Part shown: piece by piece, positions 30,957 to 40,692 of the stretch
How positions within the stretch are numbered: the stretch's first letter is position 1
Layout: the number at the start of each line of letters is the position of its first letter
DNA from: Flavobacteriales bacterium
GTDB taxonomy: Bacteria > Bacteroidota > Bacteroidia > Flavobacteriales_F > PHOS-HE28
Reading direction: 5' to 3'
DNA length: 64,000 bases
NCBI GenBank assembly: GCA_041391785.1
Contig: JAWKNI010000015.1
Coordinates: 8,398 to 72,397, forward strand
The notes under the pieces: generated by a model
Database searches by the model: none
What the model saw: the letters and a program-made list of their open reading frames with translations, nothing else
What the model was told of the DNA's origin: nothing
Program-made: the position numbers and the translations under genes

Positions 30957-32108
30957 ATGCACATCGCTTTCATCACGTTCACTGGGCTGCATCCTTCCGG
31001 GAGTTGGCCCGCCACCGCGGCGAGCATGGCGAACGCACTGGAGCGCCAGGAGCACAAAGTGACGCGATTGCAGGTCTCTGGCATCAGCAAGCCGATCTAC
31101 TGGCAGGCCAGAAAGGCATTGCATATGCTGGCCGGTCAGCAATTCCAAGCGGAACGGCAGGAATCCGTGGCACGTGAGCTCGCGGATTCCGTGAATGAAC
31201 GGTTGCGCAAGTTGAAGGTCGACCTCGTTCTGTGTTCCTCGTCCCTCCCCGTGCCGTACCTGACCACCACTGCGCCCGTGGCCTTCTGGACCGACGCCAC
31301 CTTTGCAGGGATGCTCGGCTTCTACCCGGAGTTCTCGCGGTTGGACCGCGGAACGGTGAATAGCGGCATGGCCTTGGAAGCCAAGGCGTTGCAGCGAGCG
31401 GACCATGCGTTCTACGCCTCCGAGTGGGCGGCGCGGTCTGCGGTCCGGGACCACAATGCAGACCCTCGGCGGGTCCATGTCGTTCCGTTCGGGCCCAACC
31501 TGGCCGTGGAACCGGATCGGGTCCGGGTGCTCGATGCGATCCGGAAACGAAGCCGGAAGGTCTGTAGGTTGTTGTTCATCGGTTACGATTGGGAGCGCAA
31601 GCAAGGGCCTTTGGTGGTGCGTACCCAGCAGGAACTGGAACAGAACGGCATCGCCACGGAATTGACCATCGTGGGTGGAACGCCGGAACTGGACGTGGAC
31701 CACCGGCGGATCCACGTCCTGGGCCGGTTGGACAAATCCGATCCCGCACAGTCGGCAGCGTTGGAGAAGGCCTTCCGCGAGGCGCATTTCCTGGTGGTCC
31801 CTTCGCAGGCGGAATGCTACGGAATGGTCTATGCGGAGGCCTCGGCGCACGGCATACCCTCCATCGCTTGTGAAACGGGTGGTGTGGGCACGGTGGTGCG
31901 GCAGGAACGCAACGGCAGGTTGTTCCCATCCGGGGTGTCCGCCGCGACATTGGCCGGGTACATCGGTACGGTCTGGGGGGACCCGGACCGTTACGCGGAG
32001 CTCGCCATTGCGGCCCGCGACGAGTTCGACGATCGATTGAACTGGGCGTCCGCAGTGGAAGAGTTGGTGGCCGTGGTGGAAGCCCGCTCAAGCGTGCATC
32101 ACGCCTGA
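30957..32108 (+). CDS. Glycosyltransferase family 4
   Basis: FLVVPSQAECYGMVYAEASAHGIPSI. Confidence 0.9.
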   Translation: MHIAFITFTGLHPSGSWPATAASMANALERQEHKVTRLQVSGISKPIYWQARKALHMLAGQQFQAERQESVARELADSVNERLRKLKVDLVLCSSSLPVPYLTTTAPVAFWTDATFAGMLGFYPEFSRLDRGTVNSGMALEAKALQRADHAFYASEWAARSAVRDHNADPRRVHVVPFGPNLAVEPDRVRVLDAIRKRSRKVCRLLFIGYDWERKQGPLVVRTQQELEQNGIATELTIVGGTPELDVDHRRIHVLGRLDKSDPAQSAALEKAFREAHFLVVPSQAECYGMVYAEASAHGIPSIACETGGVGTVVRQERNGRLFPSGVSAATLAGYIGTVWGDPDRYAELAIAARDEFDDRLNWASAVEELVAVVEARSSVHHA

Positions 32109-32113
32109 CCCTG

Positions 32114-32617
32114 CTAGCGCCGCGGCAGGATGCGGGCGGGATTGCCCACGGCGATGTGGCCATCGGGAACATCCCGGATCACCACTGCGCCGGCGCCGAT
32201 CGCAACATCATTGCCGATCACCAATGGACCGATGATCACGGCGTTGGCACCGATGTCCACGCGATCACCGAAGCGTGGGGAGGCGCTGTACGTGCCATCC
32301 TTCAGCCGTTTGTTGCCGATCGTGGTGCTGTTGCGCACAGTACATCCACTCCCGAACACGGTGCGGTCGTTCACGATGAGTGCCTGGCCATGGTCGATCC
32401 TGAAGCCCGGGCCGATCCTCGTCTTCCACGGCAGCTCGATGCACAAGGTCCATTCCACGAAGAAGCGATAGAACAGGAAGTAGGGAAGGAAGAGGATGAA
32501 CGTGATCGGACTCTGCCGCAGCAGATGCGCGATCCGGAAGAGCACCATCACGAAGATGCCTTTCGGATTCCCCTTGTTGGCGCGACGGTCCTGGAATATG
32601 GCGAAAACGCTGGCCAT
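32114..32617 (-). CDS. Serine acetyltransferase-like (WcaB-type) polysaccharide O-acetyltransferase
   Basis: Hexapeptide repeats IGPGFRIDHG, FGDRVDIGANAVIIG, VGNPAR. Confidence 0.85.
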   Translation of the reverse strand: MASVFAIFQDRRANKGNPKGIFVMVLFRIAHLLRQSPITFILFLPYFLFYRFFVEWTLCIELPWKTRIGPGFRIDHGQALIVNDRTVFGSGCTVRNSTTIGNKRLKDGTYSASPRFGDRVDIGANAVIIGPLVIGNDVAIGAGAVVIRDVPDGHIAVGNPARILPRR

Positions 32618-32618
32618 G

Positions 32619-33461
32619 TCACTTCGTCTTCCTGATCAACGGTGAAACGTGCTGGTTGAACCGAAGTTTCATGTGCTGCAACGGGTACATGATCGCACGG
32701 ACCATGGTGCCGATGAAGGTCTGGAAAGGTCCCATGCCCAGGTCGCGGCTCACCCGTCGCCCTTCGCGCAGTACTTTGTTCAATGGCACGCTCATGCTGG
32801 CGCCTCCGACACTGAAATGGGCCAGGGGCTCCGGTACGTATGTGAACTGTGAGGGTTCATCACGGTAGGCCTCATAGGTCCATTTATGGTCCGCGCTCAC
32901 CTTCAGGGAGGCATCGAAGGGACGACCGTCGTAGTAGGACCGGCGCACGAAGAAACTGGGATGGTTGAGCACCATCTCCCAATACTTCAGCAGGAAGCCG
33001 GAGACCTTCGCGCGCTTCAATGTGCTGTGCCCGTTGGGGTAATGCAACCAGATGTCACCGTGCACGATGTTGGTGCCGGGGGAGCTGGCTGCTGCGTCCA
33101 TTGCTCGCTCAACGGTCCTTGGTCCGTACCAGTCATCCGCATTGATCAATCCGACCCATGATCCGGTGCACAGGGAGACGCCTTTGTTCATCGCGTCATA
33201 GATGCCATTGTCCTTTTCGCTCCGCCAATAGGCGATCCTGTCTCCGTACCGTTCAAGGATGTCGACGGTACCGTCCGTGGACCCGCCGTCGACCACGATG
33301 TACTCGATGTTGGGCCAGGTCTGTGCCAGCACACTTTCAATGGTGCGTTCAACGGAGGCGGCTCCGTTGAACACCACGGTCACGATGCTCACCAACGGTC
33401 TTTCCGCAGTTCCGGTAGGGCCCTTGCCTTGGGTCCGAAGTCCGCCTTCCAGCATGCTCAT
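32619..33461 (-). CDS. Glycosyltransferase family 2
   Basis: SIVTVVFNG, VDGGSTDGT, GIYDAMNKG, INADD. Confidence 0.92.
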   Translation of the reverse strand: MSMLEGGLRTQGKGPTGTAERPLVSIVTVVFNGAASVERTIESVLAQTWPNIEYIVVDGGSTDGTVDILERYGDRIAYWRSEKDNGIYDAMNKGVSLCTGSWVGLINADDWYGPRTVERAMDAAASSPGTNIVHGDIWLHYPNGHSTLKRAKVSGFLLKYWEMVLNHPSFFVRRSYYDGRPFDASLKVSADHKWTYEAYRDEPSQFTYVPEPLAHFSVGGASMSVPLNKVLREGRRVSRDLGMGPFQTFIGTMVRAIMYPLQHMKLRFNQHVSPLIRKTK

Positions 33462-34762
33462 GTCAGGGCCGGTGTTCCGGGTTCACCGGTAGGTGTACGG
33501 GTAATGAAGCGATCATCGATGGCGATGTAGGAGAGCAGGGAGAACAGCAGGGGCACCCCGATGTCCAGGCCGTACACGAAGATGTCGACCTGCCAGATGA
33601 AGAGGAAATAGACCACCGCGGCGAACAAGGGGGCTTCCAGGCCATTGGTGACGTATTTCCTACGGAAATAAGAATAGACATACCACATGCAGATGCACAT
33701 GAGGAGCCATCCGACGACGCCCTGGGCCATGAGTATCTGCAGGGCACTGCTGTGCATGTGGATGAAGATGGGCTTCTTCACGTCCCAGATCACGCCCACC
33801 TTGTCCATGAGCCCGAGCCAGTACTGGCCGTTGTATCCGGCGCCGAAGAAGAACTCGCGCCGATCGGTGGTGATCCATTCCCATGCGGCGTACCAGATGT
33901 ATGAACGGCCGTTGAAAGTGGTGACATCGGACTTGCTCACGCGGGAGAGGATCGCGGAGAACATCGGGAGCGTGAGGATCTGGTAGATGAGCAAGGCGAA
34001 GCTCAGCAACAGCGGCACCGTGAAGAGCGAGATCGGGTACAGGAATCGGGCGGTGCGCAGGATCCGGCTGAAGAACAGCACGGTCAGGATCAGGAACACG
34101 AGGAAGGACAACCGGCTGTTGACGCTGATCATCACCGCCATGTTCACCATGTAGAACAAGGATAGCCCGAGGAAAGTGCCAGGTCTGCGGGTGAAGTCCT
34201 TGATGTGGAAGAGCAACATCAGGTTGATCAGGGAAAGCAGGTGGGCGGCATCGTACAGGCCACGCATGAACGGCAGGTTCACGCGGCCCGGGAACGCATG
34301 CACGAGATTGCTCAGGCCACCTGCGAAGCCCAGGAAGTTGATGAGGATCAGGAATACGATGCTTTTCAGGAACATCGTGGCGAAATTGAAACCGTCGTTG
34401 TCGCGGTTCACGATCTGCGTGATCACCGCTCCCTGGAACGGCAACAGGATCATGAGGCTCTGCATGGTGGTATTGAACGGGTCGTAACCCGGGAAACCCC
34501 TGAAATAGGCGATCCACATGCCAGAGACCATCGAAAGCAGGCAGAGCAGGGAAACCCAGTATACGCGGTTCACCATGCGCACGGCATGACCGCGGTACAT
34601 GAGGTCGAGCAGGTGCACGAGGATGATCGCGACATACGGCAGGATGGAGATGATCATCCCGGCCGAGAACGAGAACCGCGCACCGATGTAGAAGCCGATC
34701 CCATAGACCGGCATGCCGGCCAGGAAGAGGGTGTTGATCAGACTTCGCTTGGAGATCTCCAT
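33458..34762 (-). CDS. O-antigen/capsule polymerase (Wzy-like)
   Basis: About 11 TM helices; TFNGRSYIW...HMHSS periplasmic loop; cluster position. Confidence 0.75.
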   Translation of the reverse strand: MEISKRSLINTLFLAGMPVYGIGFYIGARFSFSAGMIISILPYVAIILVHLLDLMYRGHAVRMVNRVYWVSLLCLLSMVSGMWIAYFRGFPGYDPFNTTMQSLMILLPFQGAVITQIVNRDNDGFNFATMFLKSIVFLILINFLGFAGGLSNLVHAFPGRVNLPFMRGLYDAAHLLSLINLMLLFHIKDFTRRPGTFLGLSLFYMVNMAVMISVNSRLSFLVFLILTVLFFSRILRTARFLYPISLFTVPLLLSFALLIYQILTLPMFSAILSRVSKSDVTTFNGRSYIWYAAWEWITTDRREFFFGAGYNGQYWLGLMDKVGVIWDVKKPIFIHMHSSALQILMAQGVVGWLLMCICMWYVYSYFRRKYVTNGLEAPLFAAVVYFLFIWQVDIFVYGLDIGVPLLFSLLSYIAIDDRFITRTPTGEPGTPALT

Positions 34763-34823
34763 GGCGGCAGGGATTTCCAGGGTGCGCCCAAGATAGGCCG
34801 CTCGTATTGTGCGGGTGCCGTGG

Positions 34824-36092
34824 TCATCGTTCGTTCGCGAAGCCGTTCAACCGGTTGTTGCGGTGGTAGTTCCCGAACTCGCGGAACATGGCCGTGACGT
34901 GCCGTGCCACGGTACGCGGTGGTGCGAATTCATCCACGAAGCGGTACATGAAGACCTGCATCCGGTCGTGCCATCGCACGGAAATATCCTGCACGATGTT
35001 ACCGAAGCGGTCGTTCGGCAGGATCTCCACGCACCCGGCCGCATGTGCGGTGGGCAGGAGCATGTTGCTTCCATGCACCCCCACGACCACCTGGCTCCGG
35101 GCATAGGCCTTCACCCAATCCAGTTCCACGGTGTCGTTCATCCGGGTGGTCCGAAGGTCGTTGGCGAGCGCACCGTAGCCACCTGACCGGGCAAGGCCCA
35201 CCACCGTGAAGGTGGCCGAAGGCAATTGTTCCCGGATGGCCCGCATGGTGCGCCTAATCGCTCTGTCCTGTGCGGCGACGAACCACCTGCCGATGCTTTT
35301 CTGCAGGCCGAACTTCAGGAGCACGCGGTACAGGAACTTGCCGATGGGAGTGCCGAACCACAACCGATCCTCACGGGCAACGAAGGTGATATGCGGTGGT
35401 CGTGTATCGAACTCCTCCAACGGGAACGGCGCGATCCCGGTGAACCGCTCGATGCCGATGCTGGCGAACTCCGGGTGCGCGTAGCCACGGCCGAAGAGCA
35501 CCTCGTCATAAGCGGCCATGCGTTCGTGCACGAAGGCATCGATCGCAGGGTACCAGCCGTGCATGCGCCCGAGCCGAAGGTCCACGGACCAGACCTCCGC
35601 CGTGCCCTCCGGCACCAGCCACTCGAACATCTTCGGGATGATCACCACCAGGCCATGATCGGGATAGCGCTCCAGGTAATGTGCGGCGTTGTACAGTTTC
35701 AGCAGTACGTGCCCATAGAGGAAGTCCAGCGTATTGAGCACGATCACGCGCTTGTGCTCACGGAAGACCTTTCGTTCCACCCGCACGGCCTCATTGTCCG
35801 GAGCCTTGTACGCGCGCAACAACGGAGCGTGGATCCAATCGAGTTCCGGCTTCGCGTCATACAGCCGCTTTCCGCGCTTGTCGATCGACATGGGATGATC
35901 CACTGCGAACCCGATGGGAAGGTCCTCCAGGTACTCAGCACCGCAAGAAGGGCAGTGGAGGTCGAGCATGGCATGGATGCCGGGAAGTACGAAGCCGGTC
36001 ATCCGGGCCTCCTTTGAACCACAGGCCGGGCAGGGGCCGATCGGCGGTGGACCCGGTATGAACGGCACGATATGGCGATCCCCTGGGTTCAT
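34824..36092 (-). CDS. Hypothetical protein: N-terminal CxxC...CxxC, C-terminal GT61-like motif
   Basis: CPACG...HCPSCG and VVVGVHGSNML. ATG 36092 overlaps the wzx stop (ATGA). Confidence 0.7.
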   Translation of the reverse strand: MNPGDRHIVPFIPGPPPIGPCPACGSKEARMTGFVLPGIHAMLDLHCPSCGAEYLEDLPIGFAVDHPMSIDKRGKRLYDAKPELDWIHAPLLRAYKAPDNEAVRVERKVFREHKRVIVLNTLDFLYGHVLLKLYNAAHYLERYPDHGLVVIIPKMFEWLVPEGTAEVWSVDLRLGRMHGWYPAIDAFVHERMAAYDEVLFGRGYAHPEFASIGIERFTGIAPFPLEEFDTRPPHITFVAREDRLWFGTPIGKFLYRVLLKFGLQKSIGRWFVAAQDRAIRRTMRAIREQLPSATFTVVGLARSGGYGALANDLRTTRMNDTVELDWVKAYARSQVVVGVHGSNMLLPTAHAAGCVEILPNDRFGNIVQDISVRWHDRMQVFMYRFVDEFAPPRTVARHVTAMFREFGNYHRNNRLNGFANER

Positions 36093-37408
36093 GACACGCG
36101 GTTCAAACGCCAGAAGGTGAGGATCCCCATGCACATCCATTTCAAGTTCGGCCGGGTGTTCCTGAAGAACAGGTCCAGGACGAACAGGCTCACGAAGAAT
36201 GAAATGATGGTGGCCCAGATCGCACCGACCGAAAGCAGGTCCGGGATCAGCAGGTAATTGATCAGGATGTTCAGACCGGCGCCGACCAAGGCGGTCAGCA
36301 GCGAGTACTTGAACAGGCTTTCGTTCGTGATGAAGCTGGCTTTGCCGACGCCCATGTTGGTGAAGAAAAGCCGGATGGCGAATAGAGAGAGCAGGTGTCC
36401 GCTGGGTCTGAATTCCTCTCCGAACAGGAAGACCATGAGCGGCTCCGCAACGAAATACAGCGGCACCGAGGTGCACAGGAACATGAGGAACATGAGCCTG
36501 TACTGGTTCAACAATCGGTCTGCATACAGTTCATGGCTTTGCATGCGTGCCCTGGTGATCGCTGGTGCCAGTGATTTTTGGACGATCACCGGGAGGAAGC
36601 CGAGGGATTCGATCATCTTCAATGCGTTCGAGTATTGACCGACCTCCTCGTTGGCGGCACCTTCGCCGATGCGACCGCGCAGCACGTCGAAGATCATCAC
36701 CTGATCCACCTTGGCCTGCACGTACAGCGCAAGGCCATAGATCACCAGCGGCCAGCTCTGGCGCAGGAGGTGGCCGGCCATATCACGGGTGTAGCGCCAG
36801 GCCCTGAGACTGGCGCCGCCTTTGGCGTACATCAGCGCGTAGCCGATGGACAGGGTGGCGGTCTCGAGCACATAGACCCATGCGAACCAGACCAGGTCCG
36901 CCTTCAACAGCACGAGGATGATCTTCGCAGCGGCACTGACGAGCACTTGCACCATCTGGACCATCACCGTCTGCTTGGACCGTACGTTGGCCATGAAGTA
37001 CCAGTCGATAACCCCGAACGGACGCAAGAGTTCCGCCGCGGCGATGACGATCACCAGTGTTGCGGTAAGGCCCGATAGGTCGCGCACGAACGTGCCGATG
37101 AGCACCAGGACCACGAGCAGGCTGGCACCGCACAGTTTGATCACGGCAGCGGTACCGAGCAGTTCGTTCTTGCGGCCCGGATCCTTCACCAGGTCGCGTA
37201 CCACGATCTCATCGAGACCCATGGTGGTGAGGGCCAGGAAGATGCCGACGAAGCCGGTGGCATAGTTGAGCTGCCCGAAGAGTTCAGGACCGAGGTACCG
37301 CGTGACGTAGATGCCGGTGATCAGGACGACCACCAGTCGCACCACCCGCTCCACGAGGAGCCACGAGGTGTTGGCGAAGTACTTGCGGAACCCGGCGTTA
37401 CCCAGCAT
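36089..37408 (-). CDS. wzx: Polysaccharide flippase (Wzx)
   Basis: NTSWLLVERVVRL, YLGPELFG; multi-pass MOP-fold pattern. Confidence 0.9.
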   Translation of the reverse strand: MLGNAGFRKYFANTSWLLVERVVRLVVVLITGIYVTRYLGPELFGQLNYATGFVGIFLALTTMGLDEIVVRDLVKDPGRKNELLGTAAVIKLCGASLLVVLVLIGTFVRDLSGLTATLVIVIAAAELLRPFGVIDWYFMANVRSKQTVMVQMVQVLVSAAAKIILVLLKADLVWFAWVYVLETATLSIGYALMYAKGGASLRAWRYTRDMAGHLLRQSWPLVIYGLALYVQAKVDQVMIFDVLRGRIGEGAANEEVGQYSNALKMIESLGFLPVIVQKSLAPAITRARMQSHELYADRLLNQYRLMFLMFLCTSVPLYFVAEPLMVFLFGEEFRPSGHLLSLFAIRLFFTNMGVGKASFITNESLFKYSLLTALVGAGLNILINYLLIPDLLSVGAIWATIISFFVSLFVLDLFFRNTRPNLKWMCMGILTFWRLNRVS

Positions 37409-37425
37409 GCCCTGTGCGCTGCCCC

Positions 37426-39756
37426 TTACTTGGTGTAGTAACCATAGCCACTGCCATGGCCCTGTTTCACGTCGTTCAGGAGCAGGTCGATGCGACCGAT
37501 CTTCTTCTCGCGCACCATCTCGTTGATCAGACGCAACGCTCCGCGCCGGGTGTGGCCCTCGCGCACCACGTAGAGCGTGATGTCGGTGTGGCGCATCAGG
37601 ATCACGTACTCGCTCACCAAGCCCATGGGGGAGGCATCCACGACAATGTGGTCATAGCGTTTGCGCAGTTCTGAGAAAAGCAGTGCCATTTGCGGCAGCT
37701 CCACCAATTCCAGGGGGTTGGGAGGAACGGGACCGGCGGTGATGACATCCAGGCCGGGCACGTCGCTCTTGCGGGTCATCTGTTCCAGGGTGCATTCCCC
37801 GATCAGGAAGGTGGAAAGTCCTTGTCCTTCCTCCATGCCCAGGCTCTCTGCCAAACGCGGCCGGCGCATGTCCGCATCCACGATCACGGTGCGTTTGCCG
37901 GTGGAGGCCATCACCGTGGCGAGGTTCACGGCACAGAAGGTCTTGCCCTCACCACTGGTGGATGAGGTGAAGCCGATCACCTGCCGCTCGGCACCGGTGT
38001 TGAGGTATTGGAGATTGATGCGTGCTGTCCTGAAGGATTCCGCCAGCAGTGATTTCGGTTCATCCGGCAGCACGCGTTTTCGCTTGCTGGAAGGAATGGT
38101 GGCAAGGACCGGGATCGGTGACAGCCGCTTGAGCTGGTCGATGTCCGCGATGCTGTCATTGAAGAAATCACGGATCAGGATGAACCCGAGCGGTATGAGC
38201 AGGCCGATGAGCAGTGCTCCACCGAGCACCACCTTCTTGGCGGGTTTGATGGGTTTGCCTGCAGCGTTGCGTGCTTCATCGATCACATACTTGTCCACCT
38301 GGTCGCTGGCCACTGCGATGCTCGCCTCGTACTTCTTCTCCATCAGGTAGTTGTACAGGTCGCCGCTCAGCTCGAAATCGCGCTGCGAACTGCTGATGTC
38401 CACTTCGGTCTTGCCCAGTCGGTTCAATTGGTAACTGAGCCCTCCGAGCCGTCGGGTCAGGTCCTCAACGGCGATGTTGGCCTGCTCCACCAATCCTTCC
38501 GCAGTGGAGATCAGTGAGCTCTGCAGGTTCCGCATGCGCCGTTCCATGGTCACGATCTTCGGGTTGCTCTTCACCGTGTTCATGTTCTCCGCAGCGAGGT
38601 CCGCGGCCAGCTTGGTCAGCTCAAGCACGGTGCTGTTGAGAACGGCATCATCGATCCCGGAGGACTGCGGTGCGGGCACATTCCGGAAGTCATCATTGCT
38701 GCGGAGCTTGGTGAGGATCTGCTGGCAGTACAGCTTTTTCCGCTGCCACAAGGAACGTTCGTCCTCCAGCCGGGAGCGGTCGGTGAGGATCACATCGGCG
38801 GACTGACCCACGTTGAAGACATCACTTCCCGAGCGTATGCTCTGGATGTTCGCCTGCACTTGTTTCAAGGAATCGGAGACCACACCGATCTGCTGTTCTA
38901 TGAAGCCGATGGTCTTCAGGCCTTTCTGTTGACGGCGGTACAACTCGCTCTCGATGAAGGTCTCCACCAACTTGTTCTGGAACTGTTTTTCCTTGGCGAC
39001 GACCTCGCCCACTGTGGAGACCTCAACGATATTGCTTTCGTCGCTCAGGGGTCCTGCGGTGGTCTTGGAGCGGTACTCGGCCACCAGCCCGTCCAGGCTG
39101 TTGATCACGAAGTAGCGGTCGACCCCATCGCCATAGGCTCGATCCTCGGGGAATTCGATCGAGAAGCTGAGCCCTTCGGCCACGAATGGTTCACCGATCT
39201 TCTGGACCTGGTCGACCTTGTATTCCGGGATGAAGCCTTCGAGCTCGATCTGCTTCTGCACGTTGTACAGGGTGGCGTGCTTCGATTCGGCCTGCACGCG
39301 ATAGGTGCCACTGGCGCGGTCCACCTTGATGTGGATGGGGATGCCGTACACCTGCACGGCCACCGTATCGAGCTTCACGAAGAACGGTGGGTATTCGAAC
39401 TTTTCCTGGGTCAGGAAGTTCTTGCGTTCGAAATAGGACATGCCGAACTCCAGGCGCCGGAGCGTCTTGGTCATATTGGTGACCGAGGTGAGCTGCGCGA
39501 TCAGGTCCTCGATGTCGGCACCGTTGCTCAGGAACGAGCTCCCTTTGAGGAAGTCCTCCTTCGCGCCCATGCTGTTCTTGGTCTTCTCGCTCATCATCAC
39601 CACGGTCTTCACGTGATAGAGCTTGGGCGTGGTCTTGATGTATGCGATCCCTGCTGCGATCGATATGCTTGCGCAGATCAGGAACAACCACCATTTGGCG
39701 AGCAGCTTCCTGAAGATCGCGCGGAGGTCGATCGTATCGTTGGCTTGTTGGCTCAT
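37426..39756 (-). CDS. wzc: Polysaccharide co-polymerase/tyrosine autokinase
   Basis: AESFRTAR, TSSTSGEGKTF Walker A, DADMRRP, C-terminal GYGYYTK. Confidence 0.93.
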   Translation of the reverse strand: MSQQANDTIDLRAIFRKLLAKWWLFLICASISIAAGIAYIKTTPKLYHVKTVVMMSEKTKNSMGAKEDFLKGSSFLSNGADIEDLIAQLTSVTNMTKTLRRLEFGMSYFERKNFLTQEKFEYPPFFVKLDTVAVQVYGIPIHIKVDRASGTYRVQAESKHATLYNVQKQIELEGFIPEYKVDQVQKIGEPFVAEGLSFSIEFPEDRAYGDGVDRYFVINSLDGLVAEYRSKTTAGPLSDESNIVEVSTVGEVVAKEKQFQNKLVETFIESELYRRQQKGLKTIGFIEQQIGVVSDSLKQVQANIQSIRSGSDVFNVGQSADVILTDRSRLEDERSLWQRKKLYCQQILTKLRSNDDFRNVPAPQSSGIDDAVLNSTVLELTKLAADLAAENMNTVKSNPKIVTMERRMRNLQSSLISTAEGLVEQANIAVEDLTRRLGGLSYQLNRLGKTEVDISSSQRDFELSGDLYNYLMEKKYEASIAVASDQVDKYVIDEARNAAGKPIKPAKKVVLGGALLIGLLIPLGFILIRDFFNDSIADIDQLKRLSPIPVLATIPSSKRKRVLPDEPKSLLAESFRTARINLQYLNTGAERQVIGFTSSTSGEGKTFCAVNLATVMASTGKRTVIVDADMRRPRLAESLGMEEGQGLSTFLIGECTLEQMTRKSDVPGLDVITAGPVPPNPLELVELPQMALLFSELRKRYDHIVVDASPMGLVSEYVILMRHTDITLYVVREGHTRRGALRLINEMVREKKIGRIDLLLNDVKQGHGSGYGYYTK

Positions 39757-40536
39757 CTACTTGTTGTTCTGGATCACCGTGAACACGACCGCAGCCGTGC
39801 TGATCGCCGAGAGCAGGATCACGAAGAGGTCCAGGTTCATGCGGCCCGCACGTGCCTTCAGGGTCGGAACGTAGACCACATCATTCGGCAGCAGATAATA
39901 GTACTCGCTGCTCAACACCTCGGTGTTGGAGAGATCCACGTAAAGTGCCTGAACGCCCCGGTCGCTCTGTCGCATCAGGGTCACATGGGTCTTGTCCGCA
40001 TATTCGTTCGGACCACCGGCCAGCGCGAGCGCTTCCAGAAGGGTGATCTGGTTGTTGTAAACGAAGTAGGCTCCCGGGCGCCCCACGTCCCCCAGCACGC
40101 TTACTCTGAAGCTCACCATCTTCATGATGATGGTCGCATTCGTGAAGTACTCGTTGATCTTTCGTTGCAGCAGGTCCTGCGCTTCGCCCACGGTAAGGCC
40201 CTGCACCTTCACCTTGCCCACGGTGGGCAGCTGCACCTGGCCGTTCTTGTCCACGCTGAATCCGTTCACATACAGCGCCGCGTCACTCATCCCCATCGCA
40301 TTGGCCTGGCTTTCCACGTTGAAGAAGCGGCTGGTGGCTTCATCAAGGCCCAGTACACGGATGGTCAGGACATCGTTCACCTGTATGCGGTACTCGAACT
40401 TGCGGTTCTCGAACAACTTGCTCGAACCGGTGCTCAGTGAAGTATCGTTCAGGTAATTGATGTTCCGCCGCCCGATGCAGGCGCTCAACAGCAGTGTCAT
40501 CAGTAGTCCGGCGGTCCATGCCTTTCGAATTCCCAT
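39757..40536 (-). CDS. wza: Polysaccharide export lipoprotein (Wza-like)
   Basis: Lipobox LLSAC; YRIQVNDVL, GQVQLPTVG, VLGDVGRPG, LLPNDVVYV. Confidence 0.92.
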   Translation of the reverse strand: MGIRKAWTAGLLMTLLLSACIGRRNINYLNDTSLSTGSSKLFENRKFEYRIQVNDVLTIRVLGLDEATSRFFNVESQANAMGMSDAALYVNGFSVDKNGQVQLPTVGKVKVQGLTVGEAQDLLQRKINEYFTNATIIMKMVSFRVSVLGDVGRPGAYFVYNNQITLLEALALAGGPNEYADKTHVTLMRQSDRGVQALYVDLSNTEVLSSEYYYLLPNDVVYVPTLKARAGRMNLDLFVILLSAISTAAVVFTVIQNNK

Positions 40537-40618
40537 GCGCTTCCTGTTTGGGTCACCGGAAGAAGGACCGCCCGGGTGTACATACGTTCCCCCGACCGGG
40601 TGCTCCCAGCGATGCGGC

Positions 40619-40626
40619 CAAAGATA
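40619..40626 (-). promoter_or_regulatory. -7 box (TATCTTTG) for the wza-wzc-wzx operon
   Basis: TAnnTTTG consensus ~80 nt upstream of wza. Confidence 0.6.
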
Positions 40627-40692
40627 CGCGGGTCCACCGGCTGCGGTTACGATCGCCGCCAGACCGACCCAAGCACGGCGCGAGGGCGATGC

